Numbered from the stretch's first letter, positions 10,115 through 21,575 are shown. The stretch: DNA of 64,000 nt from an uncultured Rikenellaceae bacterium (GCA_963818525.1 CAWFSO010000005.1:870272-934271); one strand, 5' to 3'. Program-made: numbers and translations. Notes: generated from the letters alone by a model not told the origin.

Positions 10115-11293
10115 ATGGCAGATAGGACTATCATAATTATAGGTGATTCCTTTACTTTCCCTGATGGTAATGCAGCAACAAACAGGGTATATACTTACGC
10201 CAGAGGATTTATTGAGAATGATTATGGAGCAGATGTAATTTGTTTCAGAAATGATTACCTCGAGACTTCCTCTGGCCAGGCAGAGGAGATCAACTACTAT
10301 TACCCATTCAATCAGTCGCGCAGAAGTTGCAGTTTTATCATCCGGAGATGGCATAACCTGCTTAAATACACAAATACAGTATCCCTTGTCCTTAGAATAA
10401 GGAAGGAGCGAGAAATATGTGCAATTATTGCATATACCATAAGACTATCTACATTTAGCTTCGCCTGGTTTCTTTCAAAAGTGTGCGGAGCCAGACTATT
10501 GCTGGAACGCAGTGAGCACCCTTTGAAAGAATATACGAGCAAAATAGCAAAGCAGATCGGCAAGGTTAAAGTGTTCGTCGAAACCAGACTCAGTGATGGA
10601 ATACTTGTCATTTCTGAATACCTGAGGAAATTTTATGCAAATGCAGGATCAAGCGATGGCAAGCTCCTTGTTGTACCCAGCACAGTAGACTATAAACGGT
10701 TCCGGATAGAAACTGAATCACCTCTTGATTTTCCTTACATTTGCTATTGCGGAAGTCTGACCTTATCTAAGGATGGAGTGCATATACTGATTGACAGTTT
10801 TGCAAGGATTGCTAATAATTATCCTGAAATGTCCCTTGTTTTAATTGGTAAAGCTGACACCAGTGAAGATGAAGAGTACTTTAGAAATAAGGTATCCGAA
10901 TTGGGAATTGAGAAGAGGGTCGTATTTACTGGTCTTTTATCACGAAACCTGGTGCCGGCATACTTACGCCATGCAGTAATTCTGACACTGGCACGTCCGG
11001 CAAGCATGGTGGCAGACGCAGGATTTCCTTCAAAGCTGACAGAATACCTTTCAACCGGTAAACCGGTTGTGGTCACAAGGGTGGGAGAAATTGACCGCTA
11101 TCTGACAGATAATCTGAATGTCTTTCTGTCAGAACCAGACAGCATTGACGACTTTGTAAGCAAACTGGAATTCGTACTTTCCAATTATGACATTGCACTT
11201 GCAGTCGGTAATAAAGGTCGTGAGCTTGCGACCACAATATTTAACTATAATTATCAGGCTAAAAGGATCTTATCTTTTGTCGAAGGACTCTAG
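10115..11293 (+). CDS. Glycosyltransferase family 4
   Basis: YCGSL..KDGV, GFPSKLTEYLSTGKPVVVTRVG. Confidence 0.88.
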   Translation: MADRTIIIIGDSFTFPDGNAATNRVYTYARGFIENDYGADVICFRNDYLETSSGQAEEINYYYPFNQSRRSCSFIIRRWHNLLKYTNTVSLVLRIRKEREICAIIAYTIRLSTFSFAWFLSKVCGARLLLERSEHPLKEYTSKIAKQIGKVKVFVETRLSDGILVISEYLRKFYANAGSSDGKLLVVPSTVDYKRFRIETESPLDFPYICYCGSLTLSKDGVHILIDSFARIANNYPEMSLVLIGKADTSEDEEYFRNKVSELGIEKRVVFTGLLSRNLVPAYLRHAVILTLARPASMVADAGFPSKLTEYLSTGKPVVVTRVGEIDRYLTDNLNVFLSEPDSIDDFVSKLEFVLSNYDIALAVGNKGRELATTIFNYNYQAKRILSFVEGL

Positions 11294-11305
11294 ATACTGG
11301 AGTTT

Positions 11306-12355
11306 ATGAAAACTGTATTTACCTATAAGCTCGATAACCTTGAAACTGAGAAGATCGTAGAGTTCTGTAATGCTGCAGAATATTGTGCAATTGAGCAGCG
11401 TTTAGGGTTTCCTGAAATATTGTATAATACCAAGATCAATTATTTCTTCTTAATGGATGAAACTGGAGCAATCAGGAGTTTTAGTCAGATAAACGAAAAT
11501 TTCAGGTTTGCTCATGTCTGGTTTGGACCAGTCTGTGATGAGGTTGATTTAACGATAGAATCAGTGAAGATAATGGCCGACTATTACAGAAGTCGTGGTT
11601 TCTGGTACATTGGGATTCAGCCATACAGAAAAACTGGGTTTGAATCAGATTATATTGAATACAAGTTGAACAGTCATCTTAATATTGATTACCTGTTCAA
11701 CACTGAAAATACCAAATCTTCACTGGAGATCGACCTGACCAGAAGCATGGAAGAAATTTTCAGCGCATTTAGCAAAGGCCACAGAAGTGCAGTAAAGAAA
11801 GCACAGGCTCTGGGGATAACAGTTTCAGAAAGAGCATCCGTAACGGAATGGACATCCTTTATGGAGATTTACCTTAAGATGTGTGCTGCGAGAAAAATCA
11901 GTAATCATAGTGCACGGGAGATGGGACGGATTTGCGGTTATCTTGAGCAAAGTAACACCGGCAAACTTCTTCTGGTAAAAGATGCAGACCTGAATATATT
12001 AGGAGGATCAGTGTTCGCCTACCAGGGAATTTCGGTGAGATATCTGTTGAGTGCTTCTGATCCTGAGAGGAGAGATATACCAGTGTCACACCTTGCGATT
12101 TATAAGGCTATGGAAGAGGCCAAATCTGCAAGTTTCAGATATTTCGATCTTTGGGGATACAGTCACTTTACACAGGCGGATGATCAGGTTTATTTGGTTA
12201 ACAGATTCAAGAAAGGTTTTGGGGGTTACTTTACCTTTTTTATGAAGAAAATGAATATTAGCCTGAAGCCTGGAGGCTTCCGGATTTACAATACGTATAA
12301 CAGAATCAAGAAGAGATTCAACTCACTAAAAAATATTCTGTACCGGAAAAATTAA
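11306..12355 (+). CDS. FemAB/FemX-like double-GNAT aminoacyl/acyl transferase
   Basis: IDLT..EEIFSAFSKGHRSAVKKA, YFDLWG and RFKKGFGG are typical of the FemABX/Acetyltransf_6 family. Confidence 0.8.
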   Translation: MKTVFTYKLDNLETEKIVEFCNAAEYCAIEQRLGFPEILYNTKINYFFLMDETGAIRSFSQINENFRFAHVWFGPVCDEVDLTIESVKIMADYYRSRGFWYIGIQPYRKTGFESDYIEYKLNSHLNIDYLFNTENTKSSLEIDLTRSMEEIFSAFSKGHRSAVKKAQALGITVSERASVTEWTSFMEIYLKMCAARKISNHSAREMGRICGYLEQSNTGKLLLVKDADLNILGGSVFAYQGISVRYLLSASDPERRDIPVSHLAIYKAMEEAKSASFRYFDLWGYSHFTQADDQVYLVNRFKKGFGGYFTFFMKKMNISLKPGGFRIYNTYNRIKKRFNSLKNILYRKN

Positions 12356-12407
12356 CCTGATTGTCCAGCGTTTAGACATGTGTACTTAATTATTTTTCTA
12401 AGGCCAA

Positions 12408-14536
12408 ATGAGAAATTCGAGAACAATCTACATTACATTCATAATAGGAGGTTTATGTGTTTGCCTTGTGGCTGTTGTAGCCTTATTTATGATTACGGGG
12501 TATTATAAAGCACAGGTGCCGATATCATATTTACCTGAGATAGAAACCAAAACCCAGGGAAAACCGGAAATAACACGAGAACGTGTTGAAATCAAGAATA
12601 ACTGGTATAATCTGGTCATTGATTCTTTGGGTAAGCTTGAAATTACCTCTGTGGATAATGAACCGATTCTAACAAGCCTCACATTTTATGCAAATTATAA
12701 AGGCTATGATGAGATTGTTGGCCTGGATGAGTTAATGGTTAGAAAGATTTCAGACAGTACAGTAATCTTATCCGGGAAAATAAATGAATTAGCTGATCTG
12801 AACATGACGCTTTACATCAGCGCAGATGATCCGGAATTGCTATTTAGGGTCAATATAAAATATCACGATAGCGTAGTTGTAATGAGGGAAGCTTTGATTG
12901 CCGATTATAGACATTCCTGTAACAGAAGTTTATCTTAAGAACAGAGATACTGAAACCAGGCCGGAATACCGGGAATATTGGCTTGAAAAGCAGGGAGTAA
13001 GGCTAGGAACTGGCAGCCGATCATCATTGATTTATAATCAAGGAGATATCTCTTCTCTGCAACTGAAGACGAAAACATCAGAGGTGGTTATTAACCTTGA
13101 CTATGCACTTGATCATCCTTTCATGGAAATTCCATTTCAGGAAGATGGAGGCGGAAGATGGCTCGATAAGTCAGCAGCAGTCTATAGTCCGGGGGATGAG
13201 AGAACAGATGAGTTTGCAATTCTCTTCGGGTATCTGCCCCTTCAAACCCCCCGCCTCATGCTTGTCCCTGAGGGATACCTCGCGGCTTATGTCTTTACCG
13301 AGCATGCTGATGGCGGAAATCTAAGAACTCACAGGGCGGCCTATTTCGGGGAGGAAAATATCACAGACATCTCCATGGCCCGCGGAGGGTTCGCCGGACA
13401 TGATATTCCGGTAACAAAAAGTGTCTTTTTTGAACACTTCGATGCGGCCTTGTCGGCTGATAATTGATCCGGAAGAAGAATTCAGAAAGAGACTATCTTG
13501 GTTTCCTTGACCAGCTTTATGCAACAGGCTTATTCGACTTGTGTCTTCATACTCCCGAAAATTCAAATTCGAATCGCAGTTACTTGGAGACTGCAATATC
13601 TGCCATGAAGCAAAGATTTGAGGCCGAATCCTGGATTGACCACGGAATGTTCCCCGGAAACAATAACAGGGAGACCATGGTTGCTGATGGACTGAATCCT
13701 CATTCGGAGTTCTATACAGCTGATCTGTGGGAACGGTATGGAACACGTTTTTTTTGGAGCCCGGCAGTAGAAGCAATAAGGTTTTCAAAACCCGGGACCA
13801 TCAATGAAGGATGAATTCATGGATCTCAGGTTTTCGATCTATCCGCCGAGTTGTGGAGGCGGTATAGATACCGGAACAGTTATCTCGGGGAGACTGCGGT
13901 GACATCCTTTATTAAGCTGGCTGAAGGGCATTTCCCAATGTTTGAACTTAATTCGCTTCAACCTTTGAAGGGCAGTGCACTTCCCACCCCTTTGTACTGG
14001 CAGAATGAAACAATTTCCAAGTCAATTTATTCGTGGACCACTGAATATGTATATCACGGACTGTCAAATATCAATACCGAAAATCAATTGGAAATCGAAA
14101 AACGAGCACTGGATATTCTTGTCAAAGACTGGGGTGTCTTTTTCAATCACGGTTATTATGTCAGAAACGGAGTTGACGACAATATTATTCGAACAGCGAT
14201 GGAACTCTTGTTATCAATCCATATTTCGACCAGGTTCTGGAATATATGGATAATTTAAGAGACAAGGGTGACCTCTTCTTAACCACAGTGAAGGATTTAT
14301 TGAGCTACTGGCTGCTACTGGAAAATTTAAGATTCGACTACCAGCCTGATGGAACAATAGAAATTATTAACGAAAATATTGAACAAATCAAAGGCTTATC
14401 ATTAGTCGTCAGAGCTGATGGACAGAAAATTCTGCTTGATGGGACTGAGCCAAAATCAAAATATTGTAAAAATGATATAATCTTCTGGTTTGATATGCCG
14501 TCAAATTCCCGCAAGACATTAAGATTTGTTTATTAA
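12408..14536 (+). CDS. Membrane-anchored protein of about 700 aa with a polysaccharide-deacetylase-like C-terminal barrel; frameshifted into 5 ORF pieces
   Basis: Contiguous pieces 12408-12938, 12898-13467, 13464-13814, 13851-14258 and 14246-14536. N-terminal TM helix; possible metal-ligand motifs FTEHAD, LCLHTPE, WIDHG. Confidence 0.5.
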
Positions 14537-14555
14537 TAACAGGAACAAGAATTTG

Positions 14556-15536
14556 ATGTATTTCATAATCACAATAGATACGGAAGGAGACAACCAGTGG
14601 GACCATGGACAGGGACCTTACGGTTGAGAACATCAAGTATGTTCCGCGCTTTCAGGAACTTTGTGAAAATATGATATTCAACCCACTTATCTGTGTAACC
14701 TCCGAGGTCTGTCAGGATGGCTTTGCAAAAGATCTATTTGGAGGATATGTTAAAGCTGATGTGGCCGAAATAGGTGCACATTTGCATTCATGGACCACTC
14801 CTCCATTCCTGGAAATAGACGGATTCAGGAGAAACGATGACAATCACGCGTTTGCTTCAGAGCTGCCGGCTGACCTGCTGAATCAGAAAATTCGAACTCT
14901 CACGGATCAGATTACCACCTCCTTCGGAAAGCGTCCCACTTCTTTCCGTTCAGGCCGCTATGGGTTTAATTCCGACAGTGGCGAATGCGCTTATTGAAAA
15001 CTCATATCTTGTTGACTCCTCCGTGACTCCATTTGTTAGCTGGTCAACGCATAAGGGTATACCCGACGGTAAAGGAGGCCCTGATTTCCTTGATTATACT
15101 CCATATCCATTTAATTATGAGTTTCCGGGTGGATCAATCAAAGGAAATCCCAATAACAATACTCCGACCAGATTTCCTCTAAATACTAACTGGAGAATTG
15201 GCCCGCTACTATTTCCGGAACGTTAATAGCAGCCTTGTGCTTAGGACCTTCAGAAAATTTCGGTTCAGCAGTCAACCGGTTTGGGCAAGACCAGTCCCGG
15301 GAATGACTCTTGCTAGTTTCAGGGAACTTTTATACGAAATAAGAAGGAATGAAATACCTTTTATCACAATGATGTTCCATTCCAGCGAATTAATGCCTGG
15401 CTGCTCAAAATACCGCCCTGACAAGGAGTCTATTGAAGAGTTGTACAAATTACTTGAGGATTTTTTTAAATTGTTAACAGAGAATAAAACAGAGTCAATC
15501 ACTTTAACTGCGGCCGCTCAACTTTACGAAAAATGA
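14556..15536 (+). CDS. WalW-like polysaccharide deacetylase family protein (frameshifted)
   Basis: From ATG 14556: MYFIITIDTEGDNQW; later EIGAHLHSWTTPP, PTSFRSGRYG, VDSSVTP, MMFHSSELMPGCS. Confidence 0.78.
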
Positions 15537-16665
15537 AAATTTGTTTCTGGGGTAAGATAGCCGACGCTTTAAACGGAAAAACGGGAGGAGGCGGAGAACT
15601 TCAAATAGCGGCAATTGCTAAAACCTTGTCCGGATTGGGGCATGAGATTGTGGTGGTGGACCTGGATGTCAATGAGGAATATTTTACAGATGAGGGCATA
15701 AGGGTCTGCCCGGTCAAGGGTTATAATAAAGGAATCAGGATTCTTCGGACATGGACTCACAGGTTTCCGGGCCTTTACTCGACTTTTAAAAAAATTAATG
15801 CCGATATTTACTATTGTCGTATTCGTGACAGCAGGCATATAATAATGTATTTAGCCGCCCGTAAAGTCAAGGCAAAATTCATACTTGCACTGGCTTCTGA
15901 TCTTGACATTCTTGGTATCAGGGATAGATGGCGTCATTTTTATTCTTCCAATATAAAGGATTTGTGGGGCGTATTCAACGGTATAACAAGTGAGCTGGAT
16001 TACCCTTTTCTTCTTCGAAATGCAGACCTGGTAATGGTCCAGCATGAAGGTCAGAAAGCAATACTGAGGAGACAGGGAATTGACTCTGTTGTCTTTCATA
16101 ATTTCATTAAGACGGACTAGATCGATTCCCTGGAAAGAAATCCCGACACGGATTTTGTTTATGTAGGATCCCTGGACAAAAGAAAAGGATTTGCTGAGTT
16201 TTTTGAACTGGTAAAGAGAACTCCGCTCTATTCATATAAAGTGATCGGCAGAATTCGTGATAAAACAGGAAACATATTGTACGAAAAGCTGAAATCATGC
16301 AGTAATGTCAAACTTCTGGGGCAGCTTGTCCATAAGTCTACTCTGAGAGAAATTTCCAACTCCAGAGCCCTGGTTTCCACCTCACCAATGGAAGGTTTTC
16401 CAAACGTTTTTATCGAAGCATGGGCTTGTGGTATACCGGTTTTTTCATTGCATGTCGATCCTGGTAATACAATAGAAAAAGAAGGACTTGGTTTTGCGGC
16501 AAATGGAAATATGGATAAACTTATTGAAAAGATGGGTAAACTTGAAGATACATGATGAGTTTTGCGGTTAAGTCGAAAAAATATATTAAAATCAACCATG
16601 AACTTAACTCCCAAAGAATAGCCGCCTTGAACTCGATCTTTACTTATGTAAAGGAAGGGCAATAA
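15533..16665 (+). CDS. Glycosyltransferase family 4 (frameshifted)
   Basis: GGGELQ; FVYVGSLDKRKGF in a shifted frame; EGFPNVFIEAWACGIPV; tail ends KEGQ-TAA at 16665. Confidence 0.8.
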
Positions 16666-16728
16666 ATATTGAATTGGACGTTTTTCATATAGCAAAACCT
16701 TTTATCCGGAATATCCTTATCCATTGAC

Positions 16729-19017
16729 ATGAGAATCCTTCACGTAACGAATAATTTCCCGACTCTGAATTACCCTATATTCGGGATATTTATTAAAGAG
16801 CAGGTTGAATCACTCCGAAGCATTGGGATAAGCAATGATGTCTTTTTTATAAACAGCCGTGAAGATGGCAAGATCGCTTATTTGAAAGCTCTTTTCAAAC
16901 TACGCGGGTATTTAAAAGAAAATAAATTTGACATTATACATTGCCATCATTGTTTTAGCGCCGTAATAATCTTATTGACCGGAAGATGGCGCGAAACACC
17001 TCGCCTGTTGTCATACCAGAGTGACCCGCAGAACGAGGGAGGAACTATTCTTTTTAAGATTCTGTACAGGTTCTTTAACAGGATCATTCTAAAGAACAAG
17101 CCTAGGGAAATCAACCTTCCTAAGACAGTCCACCTGCCTAATGGAGTCAATACTTCTTTCTTCTTCCCCATGGACAAAGAGGAGTGCAAGAATAAACTCG
17201 GCCTTGACCCTGCAAAGAGGTATATTCTTTTCATGGATTCCTATAACAGAAGGTTTTGTAAGCGGATTGACCGGTATTCTGAAACACTTTCGATCTTAAG
17301 AGAGAAATATAATCACCTCGATCTGGAGCCATTGGTTTTAACCAATACCGGACGAAGCCTGATTCCCTCATATATTAATGCCTCAGATCTTCACCTCCTT
17401 ACTTCTGATTTTGAAGGATCCCCAAACTCGGTAAAGGAGTGCATTGCATGCAATGTGCCTGTAGTGTCAACACCTGTCGGGAATGTTAAAGAGATGCTTA
17501 GCGGGATTGATGGAGCTTATGTGGCGAAAACCTTCGCTCCTGAGGAATTGGCAGAACTGGCAGACAGGGCCCTGTCTTTCCCTAACTTTTACTCCATGAA
17601 CCATATCAGGGAGAAAGGATTGGATATTGAGAATGTTGCGGATAAATTATTACAGGTTTACAATGCGATGCTTCCTTCAGAGAAGCGTTTTGTCAATAAG
17701 GAGAAAGAAGCACATGAAGAATATACAACAACGAATGAGGTTACATTAAAAGGGGAAAGCACCTTTAAACCCCTGAGGGTTTTAATGATAAATAACTGCC
17801 ATTACAGGAGGGGTGGGGCTGATGTCGTTTATCTGAATACCGGTGAACTTTTGGAAGCCCATGGACATGTTGTAGCTTACTTTTCCACAAAGTCTAAATA
17901 CAATTACGATACGCCCTATTCTGATTATTTTGTCAAGGATGTTGATGCGCTAAATATGAGTTTTGTCGAACAGCTTGCATACATGCCCAGAAAACTCTAT
18001 TCCAGGGAGGCAGCGATAAAACTGACGAAACTCATAGAGTCCTTCAAGCCGGATGTGGTGCATTTGCATCTTTATAAAGGAGGACTTACAGTCTCAATAC
18101 TTCCTGTTTTAAAAAGACATAAGATTCCCTCTGTTATTACTCTGCATGATTATAGCCTGCTCTGCCCACGAAATACATTCATTGACGGGGACGGAAGGAT
18201 TTGCGAGATATGCCTTACAAAAGCCAGGATAAACTGCGTCTATAAGCGATGTAACAGGAAAAACTTCTACTACAGTACGATAAATTACATTGAATTTGTT
18301 CTCAATAATGATATCTTCAAGCCGCAAGAATATTTTCATAAAATCATCTGTGTCAGCACATTCAATTATCATAAACATAATTCACATCCCTTGTTTGCAG
18401 ATAGGTTTCTTCACCTGTACAACTTCTATCCGGGTCTGAGTAACAGTCACCCAAATAGCAAAAAAGGCGATTATTTTCTCTTCTATGGAAGGCTCGTTGC
18501 TGAAAAAGGAGTAAAGACACTGATTGACACCTGGAAAAGACTTCCCGGTGATTATAAGCTGAAAATTATTGGAGGAGGGATCATGTCTGACACCATAGTT
18601 GAGGAGATTAAAGGAAACAATCTGATAAATATTGACTTTGTTGGTTTTAAAAAAGGAGATGAGCTCTTTTCGTACATAAGAAATGCCTCATTTGTTCTTG
18701 TTCCATCAGAATGGTATGAGAATAATCCATTGACTGTTGTTGAAGCCTATTCTTCCGGGAAACCGGTTATAGGCAGTGATATCGGAGGAATTCCTGAGCT
18801 TATTATGGAAGGAGAGACCGGGTTTCTGTTCAGGATGGGCGATTCGTGGGATTTTGAAGCGAAAATAAGGGCTGCGGCAGGGATGAGTGATGAACAATAT
18901 CGGCAAATGTCAATATCAGCATACAATTTTGCTACTGAGATTTTTTCGGAAAAGAAGCACTATGAAGACCTTTTAAATATCTACACGGAATTGATTGATA
19001 CAGATAAGTCGCATTAA
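16729..19017 (+). CDS. Tandem two-domain GT4-GT4 glycosyltransferase
   Basis: Two complete GT-B units, with EGSPNSVKECIACNVPVV and ENNPLTVVEAYSSGKPVIGSDIGGIPE, joined by a polar linker. Confidence 0.85.
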   Translation: MRILHVTNNFPTLNYPIFGIFIKEQVESLRSIGISNDVFFINSREDGKIAYLKALFKLRGYLKENKFDIIHCHHCFSAVIILLTGRWRETPRLLSYQSDPQNEGGTILFKILYRFFNRIILKNKPREINLPKTVHLPNGVNTSFFFPMDKEECKNKLGLDPAKRYILFMDSYNRRFCKRIDRYSETLSILREKYNHLDLEPLVLTNTGRSLIPSYINASDLHLLTSDFEGSPNSVKECIACNVPVVSTPVGNVKEMLSGIDGAYVAKTFAPEELAELADRALSFPNFYSMNHIREKGLDIENVADKLLQVYNAMLPSEKRFVNKEKEAHEEYTTTNEVTLKGESTFKPLRVLMINNCHYRRGGADVVYLNTGELLEAHGHVVAYFSTKSKYNYDTPYSDYFVKDVDALNMSFVEQLAYMPRKLYSREAAIKLTKLIESFKPDVVHLHLYKGGLTVSILPVLKRHKIPSVITLHDYSLLCPRNTFIDGDGRICEICLTKARINCVYKRCNRKNFYYSTINYIEFVLNNDIFKPQEYFHKIICVSTFNYHKHNSHPLFADRFLHLYNFYPGLSNSHPNSKKGDYFLFYGRLVAEKGVKTLIDTWKRLPGDYKLKIIGGGIMSDTIVEEIKGNNLINIDFVGFKKGDELFSYIRNASFVLVPSEWYENNPLTVVEAYSSGKPVIGSDIGGIPELIMEGETGFLFRMGDSWDFEAKIRAAAGMSDEQYRQMSISAYNFATEIFSEKKHYEDLLNIYTELIDTDKSH

Positions 19018-19102
19018 GCTGTAGACAAAATCCGGCAATTTTTAGCGGTCATTGAGAATTGAAAACAAAAACACTTTTAAAAATGATAAAAAGATAGTTG
19101 AC

Positions 19103-20005
19103 ATGAAAAAGAGGATTTATATAGCCGGATGCGGTGGTATGCTGGGTGAAGCCTTTTATACACAATTCAGGGATGATTATATTCTGAAATGCACAGATAA
19201 AGATATTAATGAGAATTGGATTAGTTTTCTTGATTTCAGGGATTTTGAAGCATATCGGAATGATGTGGTCAACTTTAAGCCTGACTATCTGTTTCACCTG
19301 GGGGCATATACTGACCTTGAGTTTTGTGAATTAAATGCAGACGAAACCTACAATACTAATACCCTCGCAGTTGAAAATGCAGTATATATTGCCAATGAAC
19401 TGGATGTACCGCTCCTTTATATAAGCACGGCCGGAATCTTCGACGGGGCCAAGGAGTTCTATGACGATTGGGATCAACCCAATCCTTTGGGTGTATATGC
19501 CCGGGCGAAGTATATGGGGGAACTGTTTGTTGTCGGAAATGTAAGAAGGCACCTAGTTTGCAGGGCTGGTTGGATGATGGGCTCAGGACCAAAGAAGGAT
19601 AAAAAGTTCATTCAGAAACTCATGAAACAAATTAAGGATGGGAAACGGGAATTGTTTATTGTTGATGACAAGGACGGTACCCCAACCTATACACATGATT
19701 TTGCCAGGAATGTTAAGGCTCTGCTTAAAAGGGAATATTGGGGTCTTTATAATATGGTCTGCGGAGGTCAGACCAGCCGTTTGGAGGTGGCCAGGGAGCT
19801 CCTTAGGATAATAAACCTCAGCGAGACGATTAAACTGACACCGGTCGGATCCGATTATTTTAAGGATACATATTTTGCCGAAAGGCCCCCGTGTGAACGC
19901 CTGATCAATCGGAAGCTTAATATTCGAAACATGAATATGATGAGGGATTGGAAAGTTGCTTTAAAGGATTACATCGATAATTATTATGCCGGGTATCTCG
20001 ACTGA
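19103..20005 (+). CDS. RmlD-like NAD(P)-dependent NDP-4-keto-sugar reductase
   Basis: GCGGMLG, HLGAYTD, YIST, YARAK (YxxxK), GTPTY. Confidence 0.8.
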   Translation: MKKRIYIAGCGGMLGEAFYTQFRDDYILKCTDKDINENWISFLDFRDFEAYRNDVVNFKPDYLFHLGAYTDLEFCELNADETYNTNTLAVENAVYIANELDVPLLYISTAGIFDGAKEFYDDWDQPNPLGVYARAKYMGELFVVGNVRRHLVCRAGWMMGSGPKKDKKFIQKLMKQIKDGKRELFIVDDKDGTPTYTHDFARNVKALLKREYWGLYNMVCGGQTSRLEVARELLRIINLSETIKLTPVGSDYFKDTYFAERPPCERLINRKLNIRNMNMMRDWKVALKDYIDNYYAGYLD

Positions 20006-20013
20006 ATAGTGCG

Positions 20014-21147
20014 ATGAGAATAGCCGCATTTGGTTTCAGATCAATTCCTCCCAGAGAGGGATGCGCTGGCGCTGACAAGTTTGCCTCAGAATTGCTGCCA
20101 AGGCTTGCCAGGCTCGGGCATGATGTTATAGCTTATAATCGGCTTTATCCGGGTCAGGATTCTTTGGGAGAAGAATACCTGGGTGTAAGGGTAATAAACT
20201 TCAAAACCGTTTCCGCGAAAGGGTTCGATACCCTGCTTCATTCTTTCAAATGTACCCTTGATATTGTCTTAAGAAACAGAGCAGACATTGTTCATATTCA
20301 GAATGGGGGCAATAGTATATGGGCATTTCTCCTGAGAATTTTTGGGAAGAAAGTAGCTATCAGCCAGGATGGGATAGACTGGAACAGAGACAAATGGCCA
20401 TGGTATGGCAGGCTCTATCTGCGCCTCTCATCATTTATAACTGCTCATGTGCCCAATGCGGTTATTTTTGACAATGTATTTGCCAGGGAGCATTTCGAGA
20501 AACGTTTCAGGAAGAAATACGACTTTATTCCATTCGGGAGCGATGTTCCTGATATTGAGCCAAATGAAGCTATCATCCGGCAGTGGGGGCTTACCGAAAA
20601 GGAGTACTTTCTATTTGTCGGGAGGTTTATCCCGGATAAAGGTCTGCACTATCTCATCCCGGCATTTGAAATGGTTAAGACAGACAAGAAGCTAGTGCTG
20701 GTAGGCGGATCTCCCAACCCGTCGGATTATGAAAAAAAACTGCTTGCCACAAATGATGAAAGAATAGTATTTGCGGGTTATGTGTACGGCGATGATTCAT
20801 TGAGATTAATGAAAAATGCATATTGCTATATTCAACCCTCTGACGTTGAGGGGTTGTCTCCCGTAATCCTTAATATTATGGGTCTGGGAACCCCTTTGAT
20901 CTGCAGTGATATTAAAGAGAACCTTTATGCGGTAAAAGATGATGCCATCCTTTTCAGGAAAGGAGATGTGCAGTCCCTTAAAGAGTCAATTGAGAGGTCC
21001 CTGGAGTCACCCGCTGTAATTGCCCAAAACGCCGAAAGAGCAAGGATAAGGGTCTTGTCAACTTTTACCTGGGACAAGGTAACCAGTCAGCATGAGGAAA
21101 TTTTTCATAAGTTACTTGCCGGTAGGAAATCAAAGGATCCTAAATAG
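20014..21147 (+). CDS. Glycosyltransferase family 4 (DUF1972-like N terminus)
   Basis: GFRSIPP, DGIDWNRDKW, FVGRFIPDKG, EGLSPVIL..CSDI.EN. Confidence 0.85.
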   Translation: MRIAAFGFRSIPPREGCAGADKFASELLPRLARLGHDVIAYNRLYPGQDSLGEEYLGVRVINFKTVSAKGFDTLLHSFKCTLDIVLRNRADIVHIQNGGNSIWAFLLRIFGKKVAISQDGIDWNRDKWPWYGRLYLRLSSFITAHVPNAVIFDNVFAREHFEKRFRKKYDFIPFGSDVPDIEPNEAIIRQWGLTEKEYFLFVGRFIPDKGLHYLIPAFEMVKTDKKLVLVGGSPNPSDYEKKLLATNDERIVFAGYVYGDDSLRLMKNAYCYIQPSDVEGLSPVILNIMGLGTPLICSDIKENLYAVKDDAILFRKGDVQSLKESIERSLESPAVIAQNAERARIRVLSTFTWDKVTSQHEEIFHKLLAGRKSKDPK

Positions 21148-21158
21148 CCATTTCTGCC

Positions 21159-21575
21159 ATGAGACTCGATCATATTTGCTTTGCAGTTAAGAATATTAAT
21201 GAAGGAATTTTATATTGGGAGGACGTTTTTGGCTACCGTCAGATGACTGACGTAATAAGCAATACTTTGCAAAAAGTTAAGGTTGTTTTTCTCTCGAAAG
21301 AAGATAGCCTGTTGATTAAACTTATAGAGCCGCACCCTGATAACCCCTCTCTTATCAACTTTGTTAACAGGGGAGGAGGCTTTCACCACCTTTGCTTCAG
21401 AGTTGAAAACATGGAGGCGCAATTGAAGGATTTGAAGGGAAAAGGTCTTCTGACGCTTGTCCCGCCCCAGCCTGGAGAAGCATTCAACAATCATGACATT
21501 GCTTTTCTGCTCGCCAGATACGGACTCAATTTAGAGTTGATTGATACTGATGAGAAGGCGGGACTTCTTGAATGA
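21159..21575 (+). CDS. VOC-family protein, methylmalonyl-CoA-epimerase-like
   Basis: DHICFAVKNI, LIEP, GGFHHLCFRV, LELI. Confidence 0.8.
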   Translation: MRLDHICFAVKNINEGILYWEDVFGYRQMTDVISNTLQKVKVVFLSKEDSLLIKLIEPHPDNPSLINFVNRGGGFHHLCFRVENMEAQLKDLKGKGLLTLVPPQPGEAFNNHDIAFLLARYGLNLELIDTDEKAGLLE

